From Oscillospiraceae bacterium (GTDB lineage: Bacteria > Bacillota > Clostridia > Oscillospirales > CAG-272): a stretch of DNA of 64,000 nt. The position numbers and the translations under genes were made by a program. Of this stretch, positions 43,594-52,714 are shown in pieces; the stretch's first letter is position 1, and each line of letters opens with the position of its first letter. The DNA is taken from NCBI GenBank assembly GCA_015064385.1, contig SVSI01000009.1, positions 126-64,125 of the forward strand, in the 5' to 3' direction. The notes beneath the pieces were generated by a model that was not told where the DNA came from, ran no database searches, and worked only from the letters and a program-made list of their open reading frames with translations.

Positions 43594-44358
43594 GTGAAAA
43601 AACAGTATAACAAAAAAAGAAAAAAGATAATTTATACCGTACTTGCCGCAGCGTTTTGGATAGCGCTGTGGCAGGTGGCGGCTATGGCGATCGATATGGA
43701 TTTCGTTTTGCCGTCTCCCGCCAGCACGGTAAGAGCGCTTGCGGAAAATATCGCCGAAACAAAATTCTGGTCCTCGATATTATTCAGCGTGTCGAGAATA
43801 ACCGTCGGATTTTTGCTATCGGGCATTTGCGGAATATTTCTTGCAGTCAGCTCGATAAAATTAAAGCCGATAAAGATACTTTTCGATCCGCTTTGCTCGG
43901 TGCTTCGCGCAGTACCGGTGGCGAGCTTTATTATACTCGTGCTCGTTATGTTCTCATCGAAAAACGTGGCGGCGATAATATCCTTTTTAATGGGACTGCC
44001 GCTCGTCTATTCGAGCATCTCGAAGGCAATAGACGTCTCTCCCGAGGATATGCTTGAGGTGGCAGATATCTATAAAATGTCATTCTGGGCGCGCCTCAGA
44101 TATATTTACGTTCCTCATCTTCGTCCCTATATTGCAAACGCGCTCACCGTTTCGGTAGGACTGTGCTTCAAAAGCGGAATTGCCGCAGAGGTCATCGGCT
44201 ATCCGATGGGCAGTGTGGGCGAGAAGATGTATCTTGCAAAGCAGGGACTTAATATGCCCGATCTCTTTGCATATACGGTAGTTATCGTGCTAATTTCGGT
44301 AATCTGCGAAAAGGTCATTTCTGCGGTACTGAAAAGCAGGTCGGAGGTGAGCGTATGA
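43594..44358 (+). CDS. ABC transporter permease (NitT/TauT family)
   Basis: 254 aa, about 6 TM helices, BPD-type permease layout. GTG start. Stop overlaps the ATPase start. Confidence 0.8.
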   Translation: MKKQYNKKRKKIIYTVLAAAFWIALWQVAAMAIDMDFVLPSPASTVRALAENIAETKFWSSILFSVSRITVGFLLSGICGIFLAVSSIKLKPIKILFDPLCSVLRAVPVASFIILVLVMFSSKNVAAIISFLMGLPLVYSSISKAIDVSPEDMLEVADIYKMSFWARLRYIYVPHLRPYIANALTVSVGLCFKSGIAAEVIGYPMGSVGEKMYLAKQGLNMPDLFAYTVVIVLISVICEKVISAVLKSRSEVSV

Positions 44359-44954
44359 GTGCCGAGAACAAAAAGATAGTTATAAAGGATCTTACCAAAA
44401 GCTTTAAAAACACCCCCGTTTTCAGCTCGTTTTCCGCAAATATATCGGGAAACACGGCTATAATGGGCGTTTCGGGAAAGGGAAAGACTACTCTTGTCAG
44501 AATTATCACGGGACTCGATACCGATTTCGAGGGAAGCGTGGATTTCGATTTTTCTCCCGAATTTTCGGTCGTTTTTCAGCAAGACCGTCTCTTTGACGGC
44601 TTCAGCGCTCTCGAAAACGTCACCGCGGCAATGGGAAAGGGACGCTTTGATAAGGGTGCGCGTGAAAAGGCGAAGGCCATCCTTTCCTCGCTGCTTATCT
44701 CACCTGAGGATCAGCTTAAAAGGGTGCGCGACTTTTCGGGTGGAATGAGGCGCAGAGTTGCACTTGCACGAGCGCTTGCGGCTTCCGGCAACGTTTTGGT
44801 ACTCGACGAGCCGTATAAAGGGCTTGACGAAAAAACGCGCGCGCACTGCGCTGCTTTTGTAAAAGAGTACGCCTCGGATCGGCTTATCCTTCTCGTAACG
44901 CACGACAGGGCAGAAGCGGAGCTTATGGGAATAGAAAATTTTATAAGCGTTTAG
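44355..44954 (+). CDS. ABC transporter ATP-binding protein (compact, 199 aa)
   Basis: Walker A GVSGKGKTT, Q-loop VFQQ, signature FSGGMRRRV, Walker B VLVLDEP, H-loop THD. Confidence 0.85.
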   Translation: MSAENKKIVIKDLTKSFKNTPVFSSFSANISGNTAIMGVSGKGKTTLVRIITGLDTDFEGSVDFDFSPEFSVVFQQDRLFDGFSALENVTAAMGKGRFDKGAREKAKAILSSLLISPEDQLKRVRDFSGGMRRRVALARALAASGNVLVLDEPYKGLDEKTRAHCAAFVKEYASDRLILLVTHDRAEAELMGIENFISV

Positions 44955-44987
44955 AAAAAAGGTCGCATTTAGCGACCTTTTTATTTT
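44955..44987. terminator. bidirectional terminator
   Basis: AAAAAGGTCGC (44955-44965) / GCGACCTTTTT (44972-44982). Overlaps the stop of the minus-strand lipoprotein gene. Confidence 0.85.
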
Positions 44988-45472
44988 CCGAGTATCTTCT
45001 TTGCGGCAAGTGCGTTGTCGCCACATACCGTAAGGCATACGAGACGGCCCTCACGCACTACCTTCGCGCTCTCTATACGGCTTTCGTATGTTTCGGCATC
45101 GTAAACATATATATCGTCGTCGCGCAGCATTTCAAGGCGGCGGGTAAGTGCGTCTTCAATAAATCCTGCGTCACCTGCCGAAAGAGCAATGAAAACGTGT
45201 ATTTCCCAAACGCTGTCATCCTTTCCGAGAGCTACGGCAAAGCTTTCCGCGTAGGAGCACATATCGCAGTCTCTGTAAAGAAGCTCGGCGTCCTCGGGAC
45301 TGAGAGTACTGCCCGAATATTTCGGCGCATCGCTGTAATATATCGCGTACGCGGGTACGTCGTCCAGCGCGCCGAGCACCTCGAAAATAAGATCGGCGGC
45401 AGATGGCAGTTTTCTTTGACAGGACGAAAATACCGACAAAAGAGCAATAAGTAGAGCAAGCGTTTTTTTCAT
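44981..45472 (-). CDS. small lipoprotein (possibly DUF4358-like)
   Basis: Signal peptide MKKTLALLIALLSVFSSC with lipobox. AGAGGTGG SD. The family call is tentative. Confidence 0.55.
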   Translation of the reverse strand: MKKTLALLIALLSVFSSCQRKLPSAADLIFEVLGALDDVPAYAIYYSDAPKYSGSTLSPEDAELLYRDCDMCSYAESFAVALGKDDSVWEIHVFIALSAGDAGFIEDALTRRLEMLRDDDIYVYDAETYESRIESAKVVREGRLVCLTVCGDNALAAKKILGK

Positions 45473-45552
45473 AAGTTACCACCTCTTCTATCATAATATT
45501 CTCGTTTATCTTCAAATTTTCGTTAAAGGCAAATAAATTCACACAAAAGGTA

Positions 45553-45581
45553 TTGACCTTGCCGTGGCGTTGGGGTATAAT
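45553..45581 (+). promoter_or_regulatory. sigma-A promoter of the LytM-domain protein gene
   Basis: TTGACC (45553-45558), 17 bp spacer, TATAAT (45576-45581). Confidence 0.7.
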
Positions 45582-45616
45582 ATCATTACACGGAAAAACA
45601 AAAACACGGAAAGGAA

Positions 45617-47284
45617 GTGAGGAATACCGTGAAAGGCAAAAAAATCATACTTTTCGGCATTCTGGCGCTTCTTTTTCTGACGCCCGGACTGCTCTCGATA
45701 CTTTTATTCGTCACCTCTGACAGCGTGTCGGGAAATGACAAAAGCATTTCTCTTGAAATGACGGACAAAAACGGGAAGGTCTTTACCTTTGAGAGCACTC
45801 ACGATATGTCGATGCTTTTTTACGATATCGTGGACGACACCAAAAAGACGGTCTATGACGGTGGTCTCGGTAAATTCACCGAGCAGGACGCATATAAGAT
45901 ATCTCTTATACAGAACGGCAAAAAGGCAAACTACGATTTCTTTTTTGACAGGACCTCGCCGAGCACGTGTCTGTTCAGGGATGAGGCGGGAACGCTGTAT
46001 CTGCTAAAAGCACCGATGGCAATAGAGTTTATGGATTCTATATACGCCGCGTCCATCTACCCCAGCTCAAGCGTTCCTCAACTGAAGCTGGGAAGCGTCA
46101 CAACGCTTGCCTCGGAAAGTCAGTGGGGATATTACTCATACAGCAGCGTGCGTCACAGCGTCGAGGGGCAAAAAAGCGATACGCCGGCAGACGTAAACGT
46201 CTCCTTCCTTGACTTTGATATGTCCTTTGAAAAGTCGCCCGACTCGATACATATTGATATCGTTGATACCCTGGGAATAAATTTCTTCAGCGGCAGTTAT
46301 TCAGAGTTCGTTATGCAGGGAATGTTTGCGGGAATAACTCAGTCAAACTCATATAGATGCACGGTCAAGGCGATATGGAACGATATAGGAAGCGACTGCT
46401 GCGGCAGTGCGACCTACAATTTCAACTTGAACGTTGACTTTGACCCGCCCGGAATCTTCTGGCTCAGCGCCGACAGCGTTGAATGCGGCGGATTTATCGT
46501 GCTTTCGGGAAAGAATATCATAAACAAGGATACGATAAAGGTAAGATCGATCCCCTCGCTCGGATACGAGCCGATGTTCTTTGAGGACGGGGAATATATT
46601 CGCGCTATTCTGCCTATAAATATTGATAACGGCAGAGAAGCGGTGATCTATCAGATCAAGGTCGAGTATGACGGGATTTCAAGTGATCTTACGCTTACAA
46701 CGACGCCCTCGAGATCGTCGAGCAAGGTAAAATCGTTCGGCTCGGGCAAAATGGATGTTTCGCTCAGAGACGCAAGCGTTCTCGCGGAATTTGAGAAATT
46801 CGTCACCTCGGGTAAATATGAAACGACCGTACATCAGAATTCCGAATTCGTTCCGCCAAATCCGGGAAGAATACGCGCGACCTTCGGGGATACGGTGAAA
46901 AATACCTCGTCGAGTAAAAACAACTTTACCTCGCGCGGAGTTGCTCACGTCGTTTACAGCAGAGAGACCATTCAGGCGTGTATGACGGGAATGGTAGTTA
47001 AGGTGGGCGTGACAAGGTACGGCGGAAATACGCTGGTTATAGACCACGGTCTCGGACTGCGCAGCGTTTACTACTGTGTGGGTGAGATCACCGTTACCGA
47101 GGGAACGGTCGTTCAGGCGGGAGATATCGTAGCAAGAAGCTGTGGCAAAACCGGTTATACGGACGGAGTTACCTCATATATTGAGCTTTGGGCTGGTAAT
47201 ATTCCCGTGTCGTACCGTTCGCTAAGCGAGGACGGTGTGCGCTTCGGTATAGACTACGGAACAGAGCCGTCCATAAATGGCTGA
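45617..47284 (+). CDS. membrane-anchored protein with C-terminal M23/LytM-like domain lacking the canonical metal ligands
   Basis: N-terminal TM helix (IILFGILALLFLTPGLLSILLFV). C-terminal GGNTLVIDHGLGLRSVYYCVGEITVTEGTVVQAGDIVARSCGKTGYTDGVTSYIELW is LytM-like, but the HxH is replaced by SYI. The start may be GTG 45629 (SD GAGGA). Confidence 0.7.
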   Translation: MRNTVKGKKIILFGILALLFLTPGLLSILLFVTSDSVSGNDKSISLEMTDKNGKVFTFESTHDMSMLFYDIVDDTKKTVYDGGLGKFTEQDAYKISLIQNGKKANYDFFFDRTSPSTCLFRDEAGTLYLLKAPMAIEFMDSIYAASIYPSSSVPQLKLGSVTTLASESQWGYYSYSSVRHSVEGQKSDTPADVNVSFLDFDMSFEKSPDSIHIDIVDTLGINFFSGSYSEFVMQGMFAGITQSNSYRCTVKAIWNDIGSDCCGSATYNFNLNVDFDPPGIFWLSADSVECGGFIVLSGKNIINKDTIKVRSIPSLGYEPMFFEDGEYIRAILPINIDNGREAVIYQIKVEYDGISSDLTLTTTPSRSSSKVKSFGSGKMDVSLRDASVLAEFEKFVTSGKYETTVHQNSEFVPPNPGRIRATFGDTVKNTSSSKNNFTSRGVAHVVYSRETIQACMTGMVVKVGVTRYGGNTLVIDHGLGLRSVYYCVGEITVTEGTVVQAGDIVARSCGKTGYTDGVTSYIELWAGNIPVSYRSLSEDGVRFGIDYGTEPSING

Positions 47285-47320
47285 AAAGTTAAAAATATTG
47301 CAAAAAAGTCGTTATTACCA

Positions 47321-47349
47321 TTGACTTTTTATTAAAACGTTGATATAAT
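47321..47349 (+). promoter_or_regulatory. sigma-A promoter of the SRP RNA gene
   Basis: TTGACT (47321-47326), 17 bp spacer, TGaTATAAT (47341-47349). Confidence 0.75.
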
Positions 47350-47352
47350 AAT

Positions 47353-47388
47353 ACGGTAGCTTGCGTGTTCGTTACTGCAAGCTACCGT
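47353..47388 (+). other. perfect 12-bp leader hairpin at the 5' end of the predicted ffs primary transcript
   Basis: ACGGTAGCTTGC (47353-47364) / GCAAGCTACCGT (47377-47388), with a 12-nt loop. Starts about 4 nt after the -10 element. Confidence 0.6.
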
Positions 47389-47414
47389 GACAAATTTATA
47401 CGGGATATGAAATA

Positions 47415-47690
47415 AGACCATACCGGCCGGGGAGGTAGCGGTGCCTTGTACCTGCAATCCGCTATAGCAGGGGTTATTTCCGCCTTTGAGGGCAGAACGG
47501 GTGTGGTCAGCACCGATCGCTTTGCGTGTTGAAGAATGGGTCCTGTGCAACTAATGGCTGTGAACCATGTCAGGTGGGAGACCAAGCAGCATTAAGCAGT
47601 ATCACTTAGTGTGCCACGGGTCTGCCTGTTTGGAGCGCAGACGTCGGAAAGCGCGCGTTCGTCTCTGTTCGATCTTGCGGTGTATGGTCT
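47415..47690 (+). ncRNA. ffs: signal recognition particle RNA, large Bacillus type with Alu domain (scRNA)
   Basis: 5' AGACCATACCG pairs with 3' CGGTGTATGGTCT. Alu-domain-like GGTGCCTTGTACCTGCAATCCGCTATAGCAGGG. Domain IV motif GTCAGGTGGGAGACCAAGCAGC. Located directly upstream of dnaX as in Bacillus. End coordinates are approximate (+/-5 nt). Confidence 0.85.
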
Positions 47691-47738
47691 TATTTTGTAT
47701 CCTGTTTTTTGAAAAAGGTTGAAACGGAGGAAGAGAAA

Positions 47739-49445
47739 TTGGCAACACAGGGCGTGCATCAGGCGCTTTACCGTAAGTGGAGACCGACGACTTTTTCAGA
47801 CGTTGTCGGCCAGGAACACATAACGAGTGTTCTTAAATATCAGGTGGCAAACTCAAAGACGAGCCACGCGTATCTTTTCTGCGGCTCGCGAGGAACGGGA
47901 AAGACTACCTGCGCTAAAATTCTCGCAAAGGCGGTAAACTGCCCGAACTCAAAGGACGGAGAGCCGTGTAACGAGTGTGAGATCTGCCGCCGCATAGACA
48001 GCGGAATGTCTATGGAGGTCCTTGAAATGGACGCGGCAAGCAATACGGGTGTAGATTATATCCGTGACATAAGAGAAGAGGTAGTGTTCTCGCCGTCTGA
48101 GGTGGGAACGAGAGTGTACATCATAGACGAGGTACACATGCTTACCGAAAGTGCGTTCAACGCACTGCTCAAAACTCTTGAGGAGCCCCCGCAAAAGGTC
48201 ATCTTTATTCTCGCTACTACCGAGATACAGAAGATCCCCGCAACCATACTTTCAAGATGTCAGCGCTTCGATTTCAGAAGAATCCCCGCGCAGACGATAA
48301 GCGAACGCCTTGCAAAAATATCGAAACAGGAAAATATCGCTCTTACCGAGGGTGCTTCCCGCCTTATAGCGAAGCTTGCACTCGGAGGTATGAGAGACGC
48401 TATCAGTATGCTCGAGCTGTGCAGCGGAGACGGCGGAGAGATAAGCGAGGAGCGGGTTTCTGCCGCTACGGGAATTATCGGCAGAGAGTCGATAATCGCT
48501 ACGGTCAAGGCGATCCTTTCGGGAAATTACGGTGAGATATTCTCGCGTGTTTCGGCGGTATATTCCAATTCGTACGATATTTCATCGTTTATTGCCGAGA
48601 TAATGCAGTTTTACCGCGACGTTGCCGTCTATAAGACTATGACGGCGGCGGGTAAGAAGATATCGCGCGATATTCTCGATCTTTCAGACGCAGAGCTTGC
48701 CGATATTATCGAGATAGGCGGTAAAGTAAGACACGAAACTCTTATTTACCATATAAAGCTTCTTGAGGAAGCGTTTCTTTCCATGTCACGTGGAAGTGAC
48801 AAGCGCATTTGCGCGGAGATGACTCTTATGAGAATGTGTAGCGGAAGCACTTGGGATATTTCCCCCGAGGCGCTCGCAGAGCGCATTTCCGAGCTTGAGT
48901 CCCGTTTTACCGAGGGCAGGATATTTGCGGCTCCGAAGCCGACCTTTACGCCGACTCCCGAGGTGAATGCAGCTCCGGTAAACGAGGTAAAAGCTACCGA
49001 AAAGACCGCACCGAGCGTCAAGGAAGAAAAGAGTGAGCCCGTGAGCGAGGTCAAGACGTCGGAAAACGTCGAGGACACGCCCGAGACCAAGACTGAGGCA
49101 AAAGAGGTCAAATCCGAGATAATACCCGAGAAAAAGGTAGCGCCAAGGCGTCAGGACGGACCTGCGTGGACCGAGTTTGCCGATTGGATCGAGGTAGTTA
49201 CCGAGTACGACAAGATAGACAGAAGCGTTTCCCCCTTCCTGCGTCTCGCAGTAGCGGATACAAACGGCGAAACGCTGAGAATAACGGTTACTGACGGATT
49301 TTCCAAAATGATGCTTGAAAACTCCAAGGCAGACGACTTTATTATGCGTTTTTCGGCATCCCGCGGATATATGTTTTCAAAGGTCGTTATCGAGGTCTCT
49401 GAAATGAAGGATGATCAGATCTCGATGTTCGACGGACTTTTATAA
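47739..49445 (+). CDS. dnaX: DNA polymerase III subunits gamma/tau
   Basis: ALYRKWRPTTFSDVVGQEH, GSRGTGKTT, zinc module CNECEIC, IIDEVHML, SRCQRF. TTG 47739 lies 8 nt after GGAGG, whereas the ORF-track start 47709 has no SD. Confidence 0.9.
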   Translation: MATQGVHQALYRKWRPTTFSDVVGQEHITSVLKYQVANSKTSHAYLFCGSRGTGKTTCAKILAKAVNCPNSKDGEPCNECEICRRIDSGMSMEVLEMDAASNTGVDYIRDIREEVVFSPSEVGTRVYIIDEVHMLTESAFNALLKTLEEPPQKVIFILATTEIQKIPATILSRCQRFDFRRIPAQTISERLAKISKQENIALTEGASRLIAKLALGGMRDAISMLELCSGDGGEISEERVSAATGIIGRESIIATVKAILSGNYGEIFSRVSAVYSNSYDISSFIAEIMQFYRDVAVYKTMTAAGKKISRDILDLSDAELADIIEIGGKVRHETLIYHIKLLEEAFLSMSRGSDKRICAEMTLMRMCSGSTWDISPEALAERISELESRFTEGRIFAAPKPTFTPTPEVNAAPVNEVKATEKTAPSVKEEKSEPVSEVKTSENVEDTPETKTEAKEVKSEIIPEKKVAPRRQDGPAWTEFADWIEVVTEYDKIDRSVSPFLRLAVADTNGETLRITVTDGFSKMMLENSKADDFIMRFSASRGYMFSKVVIEVSEMKDDQISMFDGLL

Positions 49446-49466
49446 AAATTTCAGGAGGATATTAAG

Positions 49467-49814
49467 ATGAAATCAAGATTACCCGAAGGATACGGCGGCG
49501 GAGCATCCAGTATGCAGGGAATGATAAGACAGGCACAGAAGATGCAGGAGCAGATGGCTGCACTTCAGGAGGAGCTTGACGCACGCGAGTACGAGGTAAA
49601 AGCGGGCGGCGGAGCAGTAAAGCTTACCATAAACGGTAAAAAGGAAGTAAGCGCTCTTGAGATCTCTCCCGAAATAGTCGATCCCGACGATATCGAAATG
49701 CTCTCCGATATAATTATTGCTGCAGTTAACGAGGCAATAAAGAAGGTTGAAGATACCAACAGCGAAGAAATGTCCAAGATAACCGGCTCAATGTCGATGC
49801 CCGGAATGTTCTGA
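49467..49814 (+). CDS. ybaB: YbaB/EbfC family nucleoid-associated protein
   Basis: 115 aa. MQGMIRQAQKMQEQMAALQEEL...GGGAVKLTINGK... Conserved position between dnaX and recR. Confidence 0.9.
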   Translation: MKSRLPEGYGGGASSMQGMIRQAQKMQEQMAALQEELDAREYEVKAGGGAVKLTINGKKEVSALEISPEIVDPDDIEMLSDIIIAAVNEAIKKVEDTNSEEMSKITGSMSMPGMF

Positions 49815-49815
49815 T

Positions 49816-50415
49816 ATGGCAGAGTTTATCGCTCCTCTTGAGGAGCTTATAGAGGGCTTTGCGCGCCTGCCCGGCGTCGGAAGAAAGTCGGCAACGAGAT
49901 ACGCTCTCAGCGTTCTTGATATGAACGACGACGATATAAACGCCTTTTCGGATGCGCTTGCAAATGCCAAGGCGCGTATAAAGCGCTGCAGGATCTGCGG
50001 AAACTTCACGGACACCGATATCTGTCCCGTGTGCGAAGACACCGAACGCAGTCCGATAATTTGCGTCGTTGAGGACGTTCGCGCGCTTATGAGTATAGAA
50101 AAGGTAAGAGAGTACCGAGGCAGATACCACGTTCTCGGCGGAGTTCTTTCTCCTATGAACGGCGTTGGTCCCGATCAGCTGAATATTGCGTCTCTGCTTT
50201 CGAGAATCACCTCCGAAAATATCGGCGAGGTGATTATAGCGACGAATCCAACGGTTGAAGGTGAAGCGACCGCTATGTACTTAACGAAGCTTCTTACTCC
50301 TCTCGGAGTCAAGACCTCCCGCCTTGCTTACGGAATTCCCGTGGGCGCAGACCTTGAATATACAGATGCAGTCACGCTTATGCGTGCGCTTGACGGCAGA
50401 CGCGAGCTAAACTAA
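49816..50415 (+). CDS. recR: recombination protein RecR
   Basis: LPGVGRKSA helix-hairpin-helix, C4 zinc finger CRICGNFTDTDICPVC, and a Toprim domain. Confidence 0.95.
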   Translation: MAEFIAPLEELIEGFARLPGVGRKSATRYALSVLDMNDDDINAFSDALANAKARIKRCRICGNFTDTDICPVCEDTERSPIICVVEDVRALMSIEKVREYRGRYHVLGGVLSPMNGVGPDQLNIASLLSRITSENIGEVIIATNPTVEGEATAMYLTKLLTPLGVKTSRLAYGIPVGADLEYTDAVTLMRALDGRRELN

Positions 50416-50420
50416 AAAAT

Positions 50421-50456
50421 AAAAGATCCGTATCTTTTTAGATACGGATCTTTTTT
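50421..50456. terminator. bidirectional terminator between recR and ftsH
   Basis: 14-bp stem AAAAGATCCGTATC (50421-50434) / GATACGGATCTTTT (50441-50454). Confidence 0.9.
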
Positions 50457-50458
50457 AC

Positions 50459-52672
50459 TTATTTTTCTTCGTCCTCGGAGTTACCGGACTCGACCTCGTC
50501 GGAGGTGTTTTCGTCGTCCGTGTCAGAGATTTCTTCATCAGCGACTACCACTTCGTCCGTGTCGTTTTCAAGCTTTTCGTCGGAAAATTCCACGCCTGCG
50601 GACGCCTCGACGGCTTCGCCTTCGCTGTCCTTCGGAGTATCTGCGGCCTCGACTCTTTCCTTCTCCAGACGTTCCTTTTCCTCGCGCGCCTTCTTTTCTT
50701 CTTCGTCGCGGCGGCGCTTTTCTTCGTTTTCCGCCATAGACTTGCGGCGGCGAGAGTCCATCATCTCCTGAAGCTCTTCAAAGGTGGGCTCGCCCTCCAT
50801 TGCGGCTTTGAACTGGATCTCGTCCATAGTCTCGTATTTTACGAGGAACTCTGCAATAAATTTAAGCTTGTCACTATGCTCGGTGAGTATCTTTTCAGCC
50901 GTCTGATAAGCTTCGTTTACGATTCTCTTTATTTCGCTGTCGATAAGTGCGGCGGTCGCTTCCGAATAGTTCTTTTCGCCGCCGAAATCCTTGCCGAGGA
51001 AGACCTCACTGTGTCCCGTACCGTAAACGATCGGACCAAGCGCATCGCTCATTCCGAGACGGGTAACCATCTTTCTTGCAATCTCGGTAGCACGCTGAAT
51101 GTCGTTGGATGCGCCGCCCGAGAAATCATTGAAGGTGATCTTTTCGGCAACGCGTCCGCCAAGGAGCATTGAGATGTGCTCGGAAAGCTCGGAACGGTAT
51201 TCGCTGTATTTATCCTCCTGTGGGAGATTCAGGGTGTAGCCGAGGGCTCTTCCGCTGGGAATTATCGAGATCTGGTGAACGGGATCGATAGAGGGAAGAT
51301 AGTAAGCCATGAGCGCGTGTCCTGCCTCGTGATATGCAGTCTTGCGCTTTTCCTCTTCCTTTATCTTCATACTCTTTTTCTGAGTACCTACGATTATCTT
51401 CATCGTAGCGTCCTCAATATCGTTCATACCGATAAGTGCCTTGCCGCGTCTTGCTGCGAGCAGGGCCGCTTCGTTAAGCAGGTTTGCAAGGTCTGCACCC
51501 GTAAAGCCCGCCGTACTCTTTGCAACGGTTGCAAGATCGACGTCCTGCTCGAAGGGCTTATTGCGTGCGTGGATCTTCAGTATCTCCTCGCGTCCCTTGA
51601 GGTCGGGGTAGTTTACCGTTATCTCTCTGTCGAAACGTCCGGGGCGGAGAAGCGCGGGGTCGAGAATGTCGGGGCGGTTAGTTGCCGCCATAACGATAAC
51701 TCCGTCGTTGCCCGAGAAGCCGTCCATTTCAACGAGAAGCTGGTTTAGCGTCTGCTCACGCTCGTCGTGTCCGCCTCCGAGACCTGCGCCTCTGTGACGT
51801 CCGACTGCGTCTATTTCATCGATAAATATGATACTTGCGGGATTTTTGCGTGCCGTATCGAAAAGGTCGCGTACTCGCGAAGCACCGACACCGACGTACA
51901 TTTCAACGAAATCGGAGCCCGAGATCGAGTAGAAGGGAACTCCTGCCTCACCCGCAACTGCCTTTGCGAGAAGCGTTTTACCCGTTCCGGGAGGTCCCAT
52001 AAGAAGGACACCGTGCGGTATTTTTGCACCGAGACCGGTGAATTTTGCGGGATTTTTAAGGAAATCAACGATCTCCTGAAGCTCTTCCTTTTCCTCGTCA
52101 GCACCTGCTACGTCAGAGAAGAGGACCTTCTTCTTGTCGTCGGGGACGTTCATCTTCGCTCTCGATTTACCGAAAGAGGGACCGCCGCGTCCGGGCGCGC
52201 TCTTGCCGTTTGCAGACTGTCTGAATACCCAGATAACGAGTCCGCCGAGAAGGAGGAAAATTGCCGCGTAGGGAAGTATAGATACCCAGAACGGAATGGA
52301 CTTGGGCTCGGTGAGGTCGTACTTCATTTTTTCGACCTTGTTGCCGTTTGCCGCGCTCTCGTTTTCCTGTTCTATTTTCTGGTTGTAAGCAAGAACGTAG
52401 TTGTAGCAGTCTTCATAGAAGCGTGCACGGTCCTGAAGCACGTAAACGAGCTCTTTACCGCTCGTTGTAACGACGGTGAGCTTGTTCTCCTGATCTAGGC
52501 TAAAGGTCTTGACCGCTTCCTTGCCGTCTGCACCGATATTTTCGAACAGCTCTACGATGTCGCTGTAAACGGGATCCTCTTCCTTGTTGCCCTTCAGCAT
52601 AAGTGCAACGGCGCCGATTATCACGGCTATGAAAAGGATAAAGCTAAAAATTGAAAACAGATTTTTTTTCAT
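50459..52672 (-). CDS. ftsH: ATP-dependent zinc metalloprotease FtsH with a long acidic C-terminal tail
   Basis: Two N-terminal TM helices, [29 protein letters not shown] zinc motif. About 100 aa of E/D/K-rich C-terminal extension. Confidence 0.95.
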   Translation of the reverse strand: MKKNLFSIFSFILFIAVIIGAVALMLKGNKEEDPVYSDIVELFENIGADGKEAVKTFSLDQENKLTVVTTSGKELVYVLQDRARFYEDCYNYVLAYNQKIEQENESAANGNKVEKMKYDLTEPKSIPFWVSILPYAAIFLLLGGLVIWVFRQSANGKSAPGRGGPSFGKSRAKMNVPDDKKKVLFSDVAGADEEKEELQEIVDFLKNPAKFTGLGAKIPHGVLLMGPPGTGKTLLAKAVAGEAGVPFYSISGSDFVEMYVGVGASRVRDLFDTARKNPASIIFIDEIDAVGRHRGAGLGGGHDEREQTLNQLLVEMDGFSGNDGVIVMAATNRPDILDPALLRPGRFDREITVNYPDLKGREEILKIHARNKPFEQDVDLATVAKSTAGFTGADLANLLNEAALLAARRGKALIGMNDIEDATMKIIVGTQKKSMKIKEEEKRKTAYHEAGHALMAYYLPSIDPVHQISIIPSGRALGYTLNLPQEDKYSEYRSELSEHISMLLGGRVAEKITFNDFSGGASNDIQRATEIARKMVTRLGMSDALGPIVYGTGHSEVFLGKDFGGEKNYSEATAALIDSEIKRIVNEAYQTAEKILTEHSDKLKFIAEFLVKYETMDEIQFKAAMEGEPTFEELQEMMDSRRRKSMAENEEKRRRDEEEKKAREEKERLEKERVEAADTPKDSEGEAVEASAGVEFSDEKLENDTDEVVVADEEISDTDDENTSDEVESGNSEDEEK

Positions 52673-52714
52673 TATACAAGTGTATCTCCGTTTGATGTAG
52701 TTGGTGTTTTGAAG

